IMG/VR virus record: IMGVR_UViG_3300029518_000200
Length of the DNA: 64,000 nt
Direction: 5' to 3' (one strand)
DNA from: a virus
Lineage: Duplodnaviria; Heunggongvirae; Uroviricota; Caudoviricetes
Position numbers and translations under genes: made by a program. Under the pieces are notes generated by a model, which was given only the letters and a program-made list of their open reading frames with translations, searched no databases and was not told where the DNA came from. How positions within the stretch are numbered: the first letter of the stretch is position 1; each line of letters begins with the position of its first letter. Positions 9,951 through 19,162 of this stretch are shown here, piece after piece.

Positions 9951-10859
9951 ATGAGCAAAAAGAGTGCAAACAGCACGATAAACTGGATTAAAGGAGCGGT
10001 CATATGCGCTGTGTTTTTAATCTTTGTAGTGGTATTCATTAACCTGTTAACAGTAAGGGTACCTGCAGGATATGCGGCAGTCCAGTATAACATGAACGGA
10101 GGCGTGCAGGATAAGTCGCTTGGTCAGGGATGGCACATTAAGAGCCCGTTCGTTAAAACAACACTGTACACGGTAGGTTTGGAACAGTCATATTTAACTG
10201 CATCAGATAAAGGTGATTCTCCGTCAGATGAAAGTTTTTCAGCGAGTTCGTCTGAAGGAAAGGCTATGACGATTGAGCTTACATATAGCTACCAGTTCCA
10301 GCAGGACACTTTGAATAAAGTCTTTACTCGATTCAAAGGTCGTTCCGGGGTCGAAGTGAGAGACAGCTTTATCAAGCCAAATATCGTTTCATGGACCAAG
10401 GAAGTTGTTGCCAAGTACAAGGTTTCAGACATTATTGGCTCAAAGCGTGAAGATGTCAATATGGCTATTACCGATTATCTTGCTGACAAGTTTGCTGATT
10501 ACAATATTTCAATCTCAAACGTTTCACTCTCAAATGTAGAAGTGGATGAAGACACAAAAAAGGCAATTGACGCAAAGATTGCAGCACAGCAGAACGCTGA
10601 GACACAGGCGATCCAGAACCAGACTAATATTGACAAAGCAAAAGCTGATGCTGAAGCCAAAGTTACAGCTGCTCAGGGTGATGCAGATGCAAAAGTCATC
10701 GCGGCGCAGGCAGAAGCTGATGCAAATGCGAAGATTAACAGCTCAATTACTGACCAGTTGATCCGCATGAAAGAAGCTGAGGCAAGACTCAAACATGGAT
10801 GGGTAACAGTACAGAGCAGCGATACTGTTGTTACAAAGGATGCTGATTCGGATAAATAA
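9951..10859 (+). CDS. SPFH/band-7 (prohibitin-like) membrane protein
   Basis: N-terminal TM, then an SPFH-like core and an AQ/EA-rich coiled coil. Start chosen at the ATG after SD gaggaagca; the ORF-track start at 9813 is also possible. Confidence 0.6.
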   Translation: MSKKSANSTINWIKGAVICAVFLIFVVVFINLLTVRVPAGYAAVQYNMNGGVQDKSLGQGWHIKSPFVKTTLYTVGLEQSYLTASDKGDSPSDESFSASSSEGKAMTIELTYSYQFQQDTLNKVFTRFKGRSGVEVRDSFIKPNIVSWTKEVVAKYKVSDIIGSKREDVNMAITDYLADKFADYNISISNVSLSNVEVDEDTKKAIDAKIAAQQNAETQAIQNQTNIDKAKADAEAKVTAAQGDADAKVIAAQAEADANAKINSSITDQLIRMKEAEARLKHGWVTVQSSDTVVTKDADSDK

Positions 10860-11293
10860 AAAAGGAGTGGAATTATTATAGCAACGAAACAATTCATTCA
10901 GACTTTGGCATTTTTAGCCATGTTAGCGGGTTTTGTATTTTTTGTATTTGGGATTGTGCATACAGTTGCAAACGAAACGGACGACATTGGCAAAAAAGGA
11001 GGAGTATGCCTTATTATTATAGGCGTATTGGGTTTCTTTGCTGGAGTTGCAGGATGCTACGTGAGTAGTATAGTTGGATGATGCTGACAAAGACAGCGAG
11101 TAGGAAAAGAAACATGGGCAGGAATTAATTTTCCTGCCTTTTGCATATGAAAGGTGGCATTTATGGCGATTAAGCTTGCTGACGAGATTATTGAAGAAAT
11201 AAAGAATAGACAGCCAATTGTCGTGACAGATGTGTCTGCAAACGGCGAGGAGTATGAACAATGGCTATATGAAGAAGATAAGGAGAAAAATCT

Positions 11294-11620
11294 ATGAACA
11301 GAATAAATATTAATGGAAAAACAATCGCATGTTCAGGAACTAATGTTATCATTAACAATGGAAAGGTTATTGTAGATGGCGATATAGTTCAGGAATGCAA
11401 TAGTGGTAATATTAAAGTAACCATCGAAGGCGATGTAAATAAAATACGGATCAGTAGAGGATTAGTAGAAATTCACGGCAATTCAGGAAACATTGATTGC
11501 GGTGGTAGTTGTGAAGTCGGTAGAGACGTCAAAGGAGATATAGATGCTGGTAGTTCTGTAACTTGTGGTAATGTGTCAGGAGATATAGATGCTGGTGGAA
11601 GTGTAAGATGTAGAAGATAA
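11294..11620 (+). CDS. Gly/Val/Ile repeat beta-helix-like protein (bactofilin-like?)
   Basis: reiterated G-x-I/V-x-G-D-I/V units. Confidence 0.35.
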   Translation: MNRININGKTIACSGTNVIINNGKVIVDGDIVQECNSGNIKVTIEGDVNKIRISRGLVEIHGNSGNIDCGGSCEVGRDVKGDIDAGSSVTCGNVSGDIDAGGSVRCRR

Positions 11621-11631
11621 GGAGAAAAACA

Positions 11632-11997
11632 ATGGGAATTAATACAGAAACTGTAGCATTTATTGGATTTTTAAACAAGCTTGCAAAGATGAGTGAGGAT
11701 GATATCCATCCATTTTCAACTGTTACGCCTGATAATAAAAAGGGTCTTTTTTACGACGATACCTCACCTATTAATGCTGAGACTTCTCTGGATAATTATG
11801 TATCTTATCCATTAATTGCTGATTATTTCATTGGTCCAAATATATTTACAACATGGACTGAGAAATATGTAAATGAACGTATTAAAATTGTTGTAAATGT
11901 GAATGATGAGGGAGAAGCATATGTTAATGTTACATCAGAAGATGATAATAGACTTTACATTGTTATCAAAGATGGGTACTGGTACAATGTAGAGTAA
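11632..11997 (+). CDS. hypothetical protein
   Basis: ORF with SD aggagaaaaac. Confidence 0.45.
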   Translation: MGINTETVAFIGFLNKLAKMSEDDIHPFSTVTPDNKKGLFYDDTSPINAETSLDNYVSYPLIADYFIGPNIFTTWTEKYVNERIKIVVNVNDEGEAYVNVTSEDDNRLYIVIKDGYWYNVE

Positions 11998-12232
11998 GAT
12001 AGGAAGCATAATAGCATAATATTAGTAAAGGGTATAGCTGTTAACTATACCTTTTTTTTATGTTTCAAAGTATCTCTTTATGTCTTCATTTGGAATAATC
12101 CTGTGCTCGTTTCTGATATAATTTGTTTTCCACGGCATCTGTTTTTGTGTAATTTCTGTAAGAGAAGCTACTGAATATTCTGCACATTTATTTATAATAT
12201 CTTTCATTTGTCTAAAGAAATCTGCAATTATT

Positions 12233-12275
12233 TTTGGACAAAATCTTCTTTGTAAATATTATATATGAAAAAGAT
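12233..12275 (+). promoter_or_regulatory. class-B sigma-70-like promoter TTGGAC-17-TATTAT (near-identical copy at 21001-21040)
   Basis: ttttggacaaaatcttctttgtaaatattatatat. Confidence 0.5.
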
Positions 12276-12400
12276 TAATTTGATGGGAATTACCGTGTAA
12301 AAAGTAATTTGGTCTTTTCAAATTACTGACAGATTTACCTGTTCACAGCGGAACCCATATTTATTATATAGGATCGTTTTAGACAAAGGAGAGAAGATTA

Positions 12401-14386
12401 ATGGCGGAAAGATGGATACAGGACAGGCATTATCTCATGGTGCCGTTTGATGATAAAGACAGAGCCAAGAGACTTGGTGCCAGATGGGATTTTGAAAAGA
12501 AGAAATGGTATTATACGGGCAATGATGGCAGGAGATTTGCTGAATGGATACCGTCTGAAGCAGCAAAGGTATCGGATTTGTCAGAAGAGCAGCAGCAGAT
12601 GATTGCGCTTGCAAAAGAGGGTAGGAATGTACTTGTTGACGCATGCATTGGAAGCGGAAAGACAACTACAATTCAGACTCTTTGTAATGAGGTGACTGAC
12701 AAACAGATACTATATCTTACCTACAACAGACTTTTAAAGGTGGATGCCAAGAGCAAAATTACTGAAAACAATGTAACTGTTACCAACTATCATGGCTTTG
12801 CTTCCATGATACTCAGAAATGCAGGTATATCCTCAGGTGTTGCTGAGCTCATACAGACTCTGCTTGCAAATAGTGAGAAGATTGTTATTCCAAGGTATGA
12901 TCTTTTAGTTATTGATGAGTATCAGGACATTGACAGGGAGATTTCCGAGATGCTTGAGTGTATTAAGGACCAGAATCCTGGCATACAAATTGTTGCTGTT
13001 GGCGATATGAAGCAGAAGATTTATGATAAAACAACGCTTAATGCGGCAGAATTCATCAGTGATTTTCTTGAAGACTTTGAGAGAGTATCGTTTACACAGT
13101 GTTTTCGTTTATCTGCACCTCTTGCAGCACGTCTTGGCCGCATATGGGAGAAGCCTATTAACGGCGTAAACAAAAACTGTACAGTCAGAACAATGGCGCT
13201 GGACGATACTGTCAGTTTTCTTGCTTCCCAGAATCCTGCTGACATATTATGTCTTGGCAAGCGTGACGGGCTGATGGCATCAGTGTTAAATGAATTGGAG
13301 AGAAAATATCCAAGCCGTTTTAACAAAAGAACTGTTTACGCAAGCATTAATGACAGGGATTCGGGTGGAGCAACAGAGCCTACAAAATCAACTGCCATTT
13401 TCACAACATTTGATGGCAGCAAGGGACTGGAGCGAAAGATATGTGTGGTATTTGATTACACCCTTGACTATTGGTCATCAAGAAGTCTTGCACCTGATAC
13501 AAAATATGAGATACTCAGGAATATTTTCTGTGTTGCAATGAGCAGGGGAAAACAGCAGATAATCATTGTTGCCAATGATCCAAATCAGGTATTATCTGAA
13601 GATATATTGTCAGTACCATTTAAGACAAGAAAAGAATATTTAAGAGCATTTCAGGTAAGCGAAATGTTTGATTTTAAGTATGACGAGGATATTGAGGACT
13701 GTTATTCGTTAATAAGAAAACGTAAGATAAGACGTTCTGACAATACGGTTATTGATATTGACTCAACTGACTGCATGATTGACCTGTCACCATGCATAGG
13801 CATTTATCAGGAAGCCAGCTTTTTCAAGAAGTATGATATTATGCAGCAGATAGAATATGTAAAGGATTTTCATGATGACAAAGCGCTGCTTCAGCTAAAA
13901 CCCGGTGCAACCATGGAAGACAAGGTATTATTCCTTACTGCATATGAGACTAAGCAGGACAGATATTATTGTCAGGTAAAACCGCCATTTATTACAGATG
14001 AGCAGTCTGAAGCCATTCACAAAAGACTTGCTACCGAGTTTACTGGTAACGAAAACGTGCAGCAGGACTTTACCATGAGTCTTTCTGATGCGTCAGGTGT
14101 GCCATACTGTATCTGTGGACGACCGGACGTTATCAAGAACAAAACTGTATTTGAGCTTAAATTTGTCAGTGAACTGGAACACAAACACTTTTTACAGTGT
14201 GCTGTTTACATGGTAGCATTTGGATTAAAAAAAGGAATTCTTTGGAATGTAAAAACCAATGAACGGTATTCAATATCAATTCCTGATGAAGAAATGTTTA
14301 TTCAGGCAGTAATGAAAACTGTTACCAAGGGATCCGCAAAGAGAGCGTACATTGAGACATGTGACTGCGCAAAAAGAGCATCATAA
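12401..14386 (+). CDS. UvrD-like SF1 helicase fused to a C-terminal PD-(D/E)xK (RecB/Cas4-like) nuclease. It carries an N-terminal DUF5710-like KW motif.
   Basis: Walker A CIGSGKTTTI, motif II LLVIDEYQD, and a C-terminal GRPDV..ELKFV..QCAVYMV nuclease signature. Confidence 0.7.
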   Translation: MAERWIQDRHYLMVPFDDKDRAKRLGARWDFEKKKWYYTGNDGRRFAEWIPSEAAKVSDLSEEQQQMIALAKEGRNVLVDACIGSGKTTTIQTLCNEVTDKQILYLTYNRLLKVDAKSKITENNVTVTNYHGFASMILRNAGISSGVAELIQTLLANSEKIVIPRYDLLVIDEYQDIDREISEMLECIKDQNPGIQIVAVGDMKQKIYDKTTLNAAEFISDFLEDFERVSFTQCFRLSAPLAARLGRIWEKPINGVNKNCTVRTMALDDTVSFLASQNPADILCLGKRDGLMASVLNELERKYPSRFNKRTVYASINDRDSGGATEPTKSTAIFTTFDGSKGLERKICVVFDYTLDYWSSRSLAPDTKYEILRNIFCVAMSRGKQQIIIVANDPNQVLSEDILSVPFKTRKEYLRAFQVSEMFDFKYDEDIEDCYSLIRKRKIRRSDNTVIDIDSTDCMIDLSPCIGIYQEASFFKKYDIMQQIEYVKDFHDDKALLQLKPGATMEDKVLFLTAYETKQDRYYCQVKPPFITDEQSEAIHKRLATEFTGNENVQQDFTMSLSDASGVPYCICGRPDVIKNKTVFELKFVSELEHKHFLQCAVYMVAFGLKKGILWNVKTNERYSISIPDEEMFIQAVMKTVTKGSAKRAYIETCDCAKRAS

Positions 14387-14394
14387 CAATAATA

Positions 14395-14427
14395 AAAGGA
14401 GCAGCATTATTTGCCGCTCCTTTTTAG
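14395..14427. terminator. bidirectional rho-independent terminator
   Basis: AGGAGCAGC..GCCGCTCCT followed by ttttt. Confidence 0.6.
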
Positions 14428-14428
14428 T

Positions 14429-16225
14429 TTACTTATTTGCATCGTCCCATGCAGACTTGACATTATTCCAGACGTTCTTGGTTCTATTGTACAAGTAATC
14501 CGGAATAGTAAGCTCTCCGATAAATGCATTATTAAAAGCGCTTTCATTGAGATAAACATGGCCATCAAGATTGTCTGCAAAGGTCAGCGTGTCAATATTG
14601 GTGTCTGCGAATGCATTCTCGCTGATCATTACATTCTTCCATGAAACATCTGCTGTAACATTCAGGTTCTTAATGTAACACTCAACAAATGCACATTCAT
14701 CTACATTCCAGACTTTATCCGGCAGAATAATTTCTGTCATGAGTTTGTTTCCACCGCATCTGTAAAAGATATAAGGTGCAAAATACTCAATGGAACTTTC
14801 TGATAAGTCTGCCAGTTTAAGGTTTTTGCATTTATAAAAGGCATTGGGGCCAAGAATCTTGCAGCATTTTGACAGTTTGACAGATGTGAGTCCGCTGCAT
14901 TCAAAGGTACTTCCGCCAATATCAGCTGCAGATGAAAGGTCAATCTGTTTGAGGCTGTCTGTGCCATAAAATGCATATTTACCCAGCTGAACAATCTTGT
15001 CTGCATTATTCACCTTTTTAAGGGCTTCGCAGCTCATAAACATTCCCTCTGGAACTACAAACTCTTTTGCAGGAAGTGTTACTTCTTCGAGGTTACAGCA
15101 GTCCCTGAAACATTCAGTTTCTACGAACTCTACTGAGTCTGGAAGGGTAATACTCTTAAGGCCAGACTCGGAAAAAGCCTGTCTGCCAATTCTTGCCAGT
15201 TTCTTTGGCAGGACAATTTTTGTCAGTTGTCTAGTATTAAAAAATGCATAATTGCTGATTTTAGTGACATTCTCTGGTACTTCAAATTCTTTTAAGTCTG
15301 TGTAATCAAAAGCACCATAGCCAATGGATGTGATTTTGCTATCCATTCCTGTAAACGAAACTTTTTCAAGGCTGGTACAGTGAGAGAATAACGTCTGTGG
15401 AATTTCTTTTGTGTCCTGAGGAATGTTTGTGCCTCTTACTTCAATTACGGCTTCTGTCAGTTGATGACATCTATAAAAGACTTCCTTTGTTCCTTCAATG
15501 GAGTTCAAGTTTTCTACAGTGATGTGTTTTATTCCGCATCCTGAGAAAGCACTGTCGTTGACACGAATGTCCTTTGGCAGAACATCGAAATCAAGAGACT
15601 TACATCCCGAGAAACCACCTTTACCAATAGTCTTGATGCTGCTAAGATCAATGCTTTTAAGGTTTTCACAGAGCCTGAAACATATACCCGGAACCTTTAT
15701 GTCTGTTCCTTTAAATGTAACAGTTTCAAGGTTCTTACATTCATCAAACATTGCCATTGTAAGCGGAAAATTTGCAGGGATTGTTACCTGATTAAGTTTT
15801 GAATTGCTAAACGTGCGTGCGCCAACATATTCAGGATGTTCAGGCAGGTCCACTGACTCTATTCCGGAGTCTGTAAATGCATCAACGTCAAGATGCTTGA
15901 GATTCTTTGGCAGATGAACCTTTTTAAGCATCTTGCATCCGAAGAATGCCTGTGCCTCAATAATCTCAACACTTTCAGGGATGTTAATTTCCTTAAGGTC
16001 TGCGCACTCAAAGAATGCATTCGTCTCAATAGTTTTGAGCCCTTCTGGCAGCACTACTTTGGTAACATTCGATTTATTTGCGAATACGTTTGAACCAATA
16101 ATTGTAATGCCTTTTGGTACAATAACTGTGCCTGTTGCGTTACATTCGTATAAAACGTTATTATCTGTAACAAATATTTCCTCCTTAATGTTCTCTACGC
16201 CTGTTTTGATAATGTTTACTTTCAT
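14429..16225 (-). CDS. BspA-type leucine-rich-repeat (LRR_5) protein, no signal peptide
   Basis: about 20 repeats of the AF..C..L..I.IP..V..IG..AF pattern; paralog of the next two LRR genes. Confidence 0.7.
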   Translation of the reverse strand: MKVNIIKTGVENIKEEIFVTDNNVLYECNATGTVIVPKGITIIGSNVFANKSNVTKVVLPEGLKTIETNAFFECADLKEINIPESVEIIEAQAFFGCKMLKKVHLPKNLKHLDVDAFTDSGIESVDLPEHPEYVGARTFSNSKLNQVTIPANFPLTMAMFDECKNLETVTFKGTDIKVPGICFRLCENLKSIDLSSIKTIGKGGFSGCKSLDFDVLPKDIRVNDSAFSGCGIKHITVENLNSIEGTKEVFYRCHQLTEAVIEVRGTNIPQDTKEIPQTLFSHCTSLEKVSFTGMDSKITSIGYGAFDYTDLKEFEVPENVTKISNYAFFNTRQLTKIVLPKKLARIGRQAFSESGLKSITLPDSVEFVETECFRDCCNLEEVTLPAKEFVVPEGMFMSCEALKKVNNADKIVQLGKYAFYGTDSLKQIDLSSAADIGGSTFECSGLTSVKLSKCCKILGPNAFYKCKNLKLADLSESSIEYFAPYIFYRCGGNKLMTEIILPDKVWNVDECAFVECYIKNLNVTADVSWKNVMISENAFADTNIDTLTFADNLDGHVYLNESAFNNAFIGELTIPDYLYNRTKNVWNNVKSAWDDANK

Positions 16226-16426
16226 ATTGTATTTCCTCCTTTATTTTTGTTTAATATGAAAATTAGTTACAGGATAAATATGAGTTTTAATGGAAGACGA
16301 GCAAAAGATTATAGTAAAAGTGAAAGTTCTGTGATATAATAATTGTAGAAACAGAAAACGTTAATTTTGTATAAACTCCATCTTAATTATGCAGTTAATA
16401 ACATAAATTAAGAAAGGAGAGATGAT

Positions 16427-17206
16427 ATGAAATTAACGGAAGAAGAAAAGAAAGCGAAGGTTGAACCCTTCAGACCTATTGACGACGTATTCTTTGAAGC
16501 ATTAGCTCAAAACCCGAAAGTTTGTCAGGAGATTCTAAGAGTAATCTTGGAAGATGATAAACTTATCGTGGATGAGGTAATAACTCAATGCAGCGAAAAG
16601 AATATCTACGGCAGGTCAGTAAGGCTTGATGCTCTTTGTACATTGGGTACAGGAGAAAAGTGCAACATCGAAATTCAGAGGTCTGACAATGATGATCATC
16701 TAAAACGAGCGCGCTTTAATGCATCCAGCATAACAGTCAAATCGTCAGAGATTGGCAGCAAGTTTAAAGATGTTGTTGATGTGTGTATTGTTTATATATC
16801 CCAGTTTGATATATTCAGACATGGCAGAACGATATATCATGTTGACAAGGTGATCAGAGAGACTGGAATTGTAGTAGATGATGGACTTAAAGAAGTGTTC
16901 GTCAATACCGCAGTTAACGATGGTTCAACCATTTCGGAACTTATGTCTTGTTTTCTTGCTAAAGAAGTGGACAATCCTAAGTTTCCGATGCTGTCAAATG
17001 AGGTAAAACGGTTAAAAAACACGGAAGGAGGTCTTGATTCTATGTGTGATTTAATGGAGAAATACAATCAGGAGGCTGTCGATAAAAAGATTATTCCTGC
17101 GGTTAAAAAGCTTGCGAAAGCTGGCACATCTGTAAAAGATTTAGCTGAAGCATTTGATAAGTCAATAGATGAAATCGAGGCCATCCTTGATTCTTCTGAA
17201 GATTAA
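16427..17206 (+). CDS. Rpn/YhgA-like PD-(D/E)xK recombination-promoting nuclease / putative transposase
   Basis: PIDDVFF..L, D..C..G.G.KCNIEIQ motifs. Confidence 0.6.
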   Translation: MKLTEEEKKAKVEPFRPIDDVFFEALAQNPKVCQEILRVILEDDKLIVDEVITQCSEKNIYGRSVRLDALCTLGTGEKCNIEIQRSDNDDHLKRARFNASSITVKSSEIGSKFKDVVDVCIVYISQFDIFRHGRTIYHVDKVIRETGIVVDDGLKEVFVNTAVNDGSTISELMSCFLAKEVDNPKFPMLSNEVKRLKNTEGGLDSMCDLMEKYNQEAVDKKIIPAVKKLAKAGTSVKDLAEAFDKSIDEIEAILDSSED

Positions 17207-17269
17207 AATTAAAAATTGTAACCAAAAAGACGTCTTATTAATGAGGCGTCTTTTTTTTTGCATTATAAA

Positions 17270-17300
17270 AACAGAGCCCCCATAAAGAGGCTCTGTTAAC
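17270..17300 (-). terminator. rho-independent terminator after LRR gene 17304-19052
   Basis: aacagagcccccataaagaggctctgtt. Confidence 0.6.
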
Positions 17301-17303
17301 GGT

Positions 17304-19052
17304 TTACTGTATCTTATCAATTGCATCCTTAAATCTGTCATACATATGATCAGGTATAGCAAGTTTGCCAACTTTTGCGTCTTCAAATGCAAGAGAATGA
17401 ACGACAGTTTTCATCAGGTGATTAGTATCATCGGTAAATATTAATTCACTAATAAATGATTTGCTAAAAGCATTATTGCCTACATATGTACCTGCGTTTA
17501 TGGTAAGTTTGTTGAGCTTGGCTCTAAGAAAACAGCTATTGTCAAAAGCTGTAACATCCTGAGGGAGCTGAACATCTTTTAATCCTTTGCAGAAGCAGAA
17601 GCACTGGTAAGGAATTTCTTGTATTTTGCAGGCTTTCATATCTACTGTCTGAAGATTCTTGCAATGATGGAACGCTGATATGCCAAGTTGTGAAAATTTA
17701 TCAGAAAAGACTGCTTCACGAATACCTGTATAAGCAAACGCCATAAGATCTAATGATTGCAGCTTGCTGAAATCAAATGTTTCCAGATTTTTGCAACCAT
17801 AAAATGCATGGTCACAAATAGTGTCTACGTTCGGTACATTTACTGTTTTTAAGCTGCAGCAGTCTTCAAAAATTCCTGATGGAATTTTGGTAACTGATTC
17901 TGGCAGGGTAACTGCTGTTAGTTCTATGCAGTTATAAAATGCATAGTCCCCAAGCTTTTTTATCTTATTAGGAATAACAATGTCTTTTAATCCGCTTCCT
18001 GCAAATGCCATTGTCCCTATCTGTCTAAGGTTCTCAGGCAGATGAATATTTTCAATACCACTGTCGTAGAAAGCTTCTTTGCTGATTGTTTTGATTGTGT
18101 CAGGCAATGAAATTGTATTCAGGTTTTTTGTTTCTTTGAATGCAGCAGCTTCAATGACAGTCAGGTTTTTGGTACGTCCTGTAAACACAACTGTCTGTAA
18201 ATTTTTACATCCTTTAACCAATGCACTTGATACGGATGTTGGTCCGTCAGCAACATTGATTGTCAGTTTTTTCAGAGATTTACAGTCGGCGAATACCCTG
18301 TTGCAGACTTTAGAGATGTCTTCAATGATTACATCTGTGGCACCTGATTCCTCAAATGCACTTACTGCAACCAGTGTATCAGCCGGGATAGTACTTACTG
18401 ACAGATTCTGGCATCCGCGGAATGCTTCATCTTTTATGAGAGCAGTCTTTGTTATATCAATTTCTGTCAGATTAATGCAGTTACAGAAGCATCTTTCTGG
18501 AATTGTGATGTGGCTGCCAAGAAGATTGATACTATGAAGCTTCTGACATTTTTCAAACATTGCTGAATTGAGTGTGAAGTTTTCAGGAATATCAGTTGTC
18601 TCAATGTCTGTTCCGGCAAACACTTCGGTTCCAACAAAGTTGACGTTTTCTGGAAGAATTAGCTGCTTAATACCTGCTTCATAAAACGCATAGTCGCTAA
18701 TTTCCTTCATCGTCTTAGGCAGTATAACTGTCTCCAGAAAAAAGCATCCTTTGAAGGCTCCGTGTCCAATAACTTTAAGTGTCTCTGGGAAATTAATTTT
18801 TCTGAGCTTGGTACAAAAATTAAAAGCATCAGAACCAATAGTCTCAATTCCCTCTGGCAGAACAACTTCTTCTACATTAGTTCCTGCAAAACACGCTCTG
18901 CCAATAGTTTTTATACCCTTTGGGATGATGATTGTTTTTTGGCCATTTGGTGTGCACTTGATAAGTGTGTCATTATCATTTGTGAACACCGGTTCCTGTT
19001 TACAAGTTTCTCCTTTGACATATCCTTCTGTTTTGATAATTTGTAATTCCAT
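17304..19052 (-). CDS. BspA-type leucine-rich-repeat protein, no signal peptide
   Basis: LRR_5 repeats; conserved N-terminal ...KQEPVFT and C-terminal IPDHMYDRFK shared with 19163-20932. Confidence 0.7.
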   Translation of the reverse strand: MELQIIKTEGYVKGETCKQEPVFTNDNDTLIKCTPNGQKTIIIPKGIKTIGRACFAGTNVEEVVLPEGIETIGSDAFNFCTKLRKINFPETLKVIGHGAFKGCFFLETVILPKTMKEISDYAFYEAGIKQLILPENVNFVGTEVFAGTDIETTDIPENFTLNSAMFEKCQKLHSINLLGSHITIPERCFCNCINLTEIDITKTALIKDEAFRGCQNLSVSTIPADTLVAVSAFEESGATDVIIEDISKVCNRVFADCKSLKKLTINVADGPTSVSSALVKGCKNLQTVVFTGRTKNLTVIEAAAFKETKNLNTISLPDTIKTISKEAFYDSGIENIHLPENLRQIGTMAFAGSGLKDIVIPNKIKKLGDYAFYNCIELTAVTLPESVTKIPSGIFEDCCSLKTVNVPNVDTICDHAFYGCKNLETFDFSKLQSLDLMAFAYTGIREAVFSDKFSQLGISAFHHCKNLQTVDMKACKIQEIPYQCFCFCKGLKDVQLPQDVTAFDNSCFLRAKLNKLTINAGTYVGNNAFSKSFISELIFTDDTNHLMKTVVHSLAFEDAKVGKLAIPDHMYDRFKDAIDKIQ

Positions 19053-19126
19053 ATTATTTTCCTCCTTTATTATTATTTTTTAATATGATTACAGAATAAA
19101 TATGAGTTTTAATGAGAGATAAGTAA

Positions 19127-19160
19127 AAAACAGAGTCCCCATAGAGAGACTCTGTTAACA
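19127..19160 (-). terminator. rho-independent terminator after LRR gene 19163-20932
   Basis: aacagagtccccatagagagactctgtt. Confidence 0.6.
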
Positions 19161-19162
19161 GT

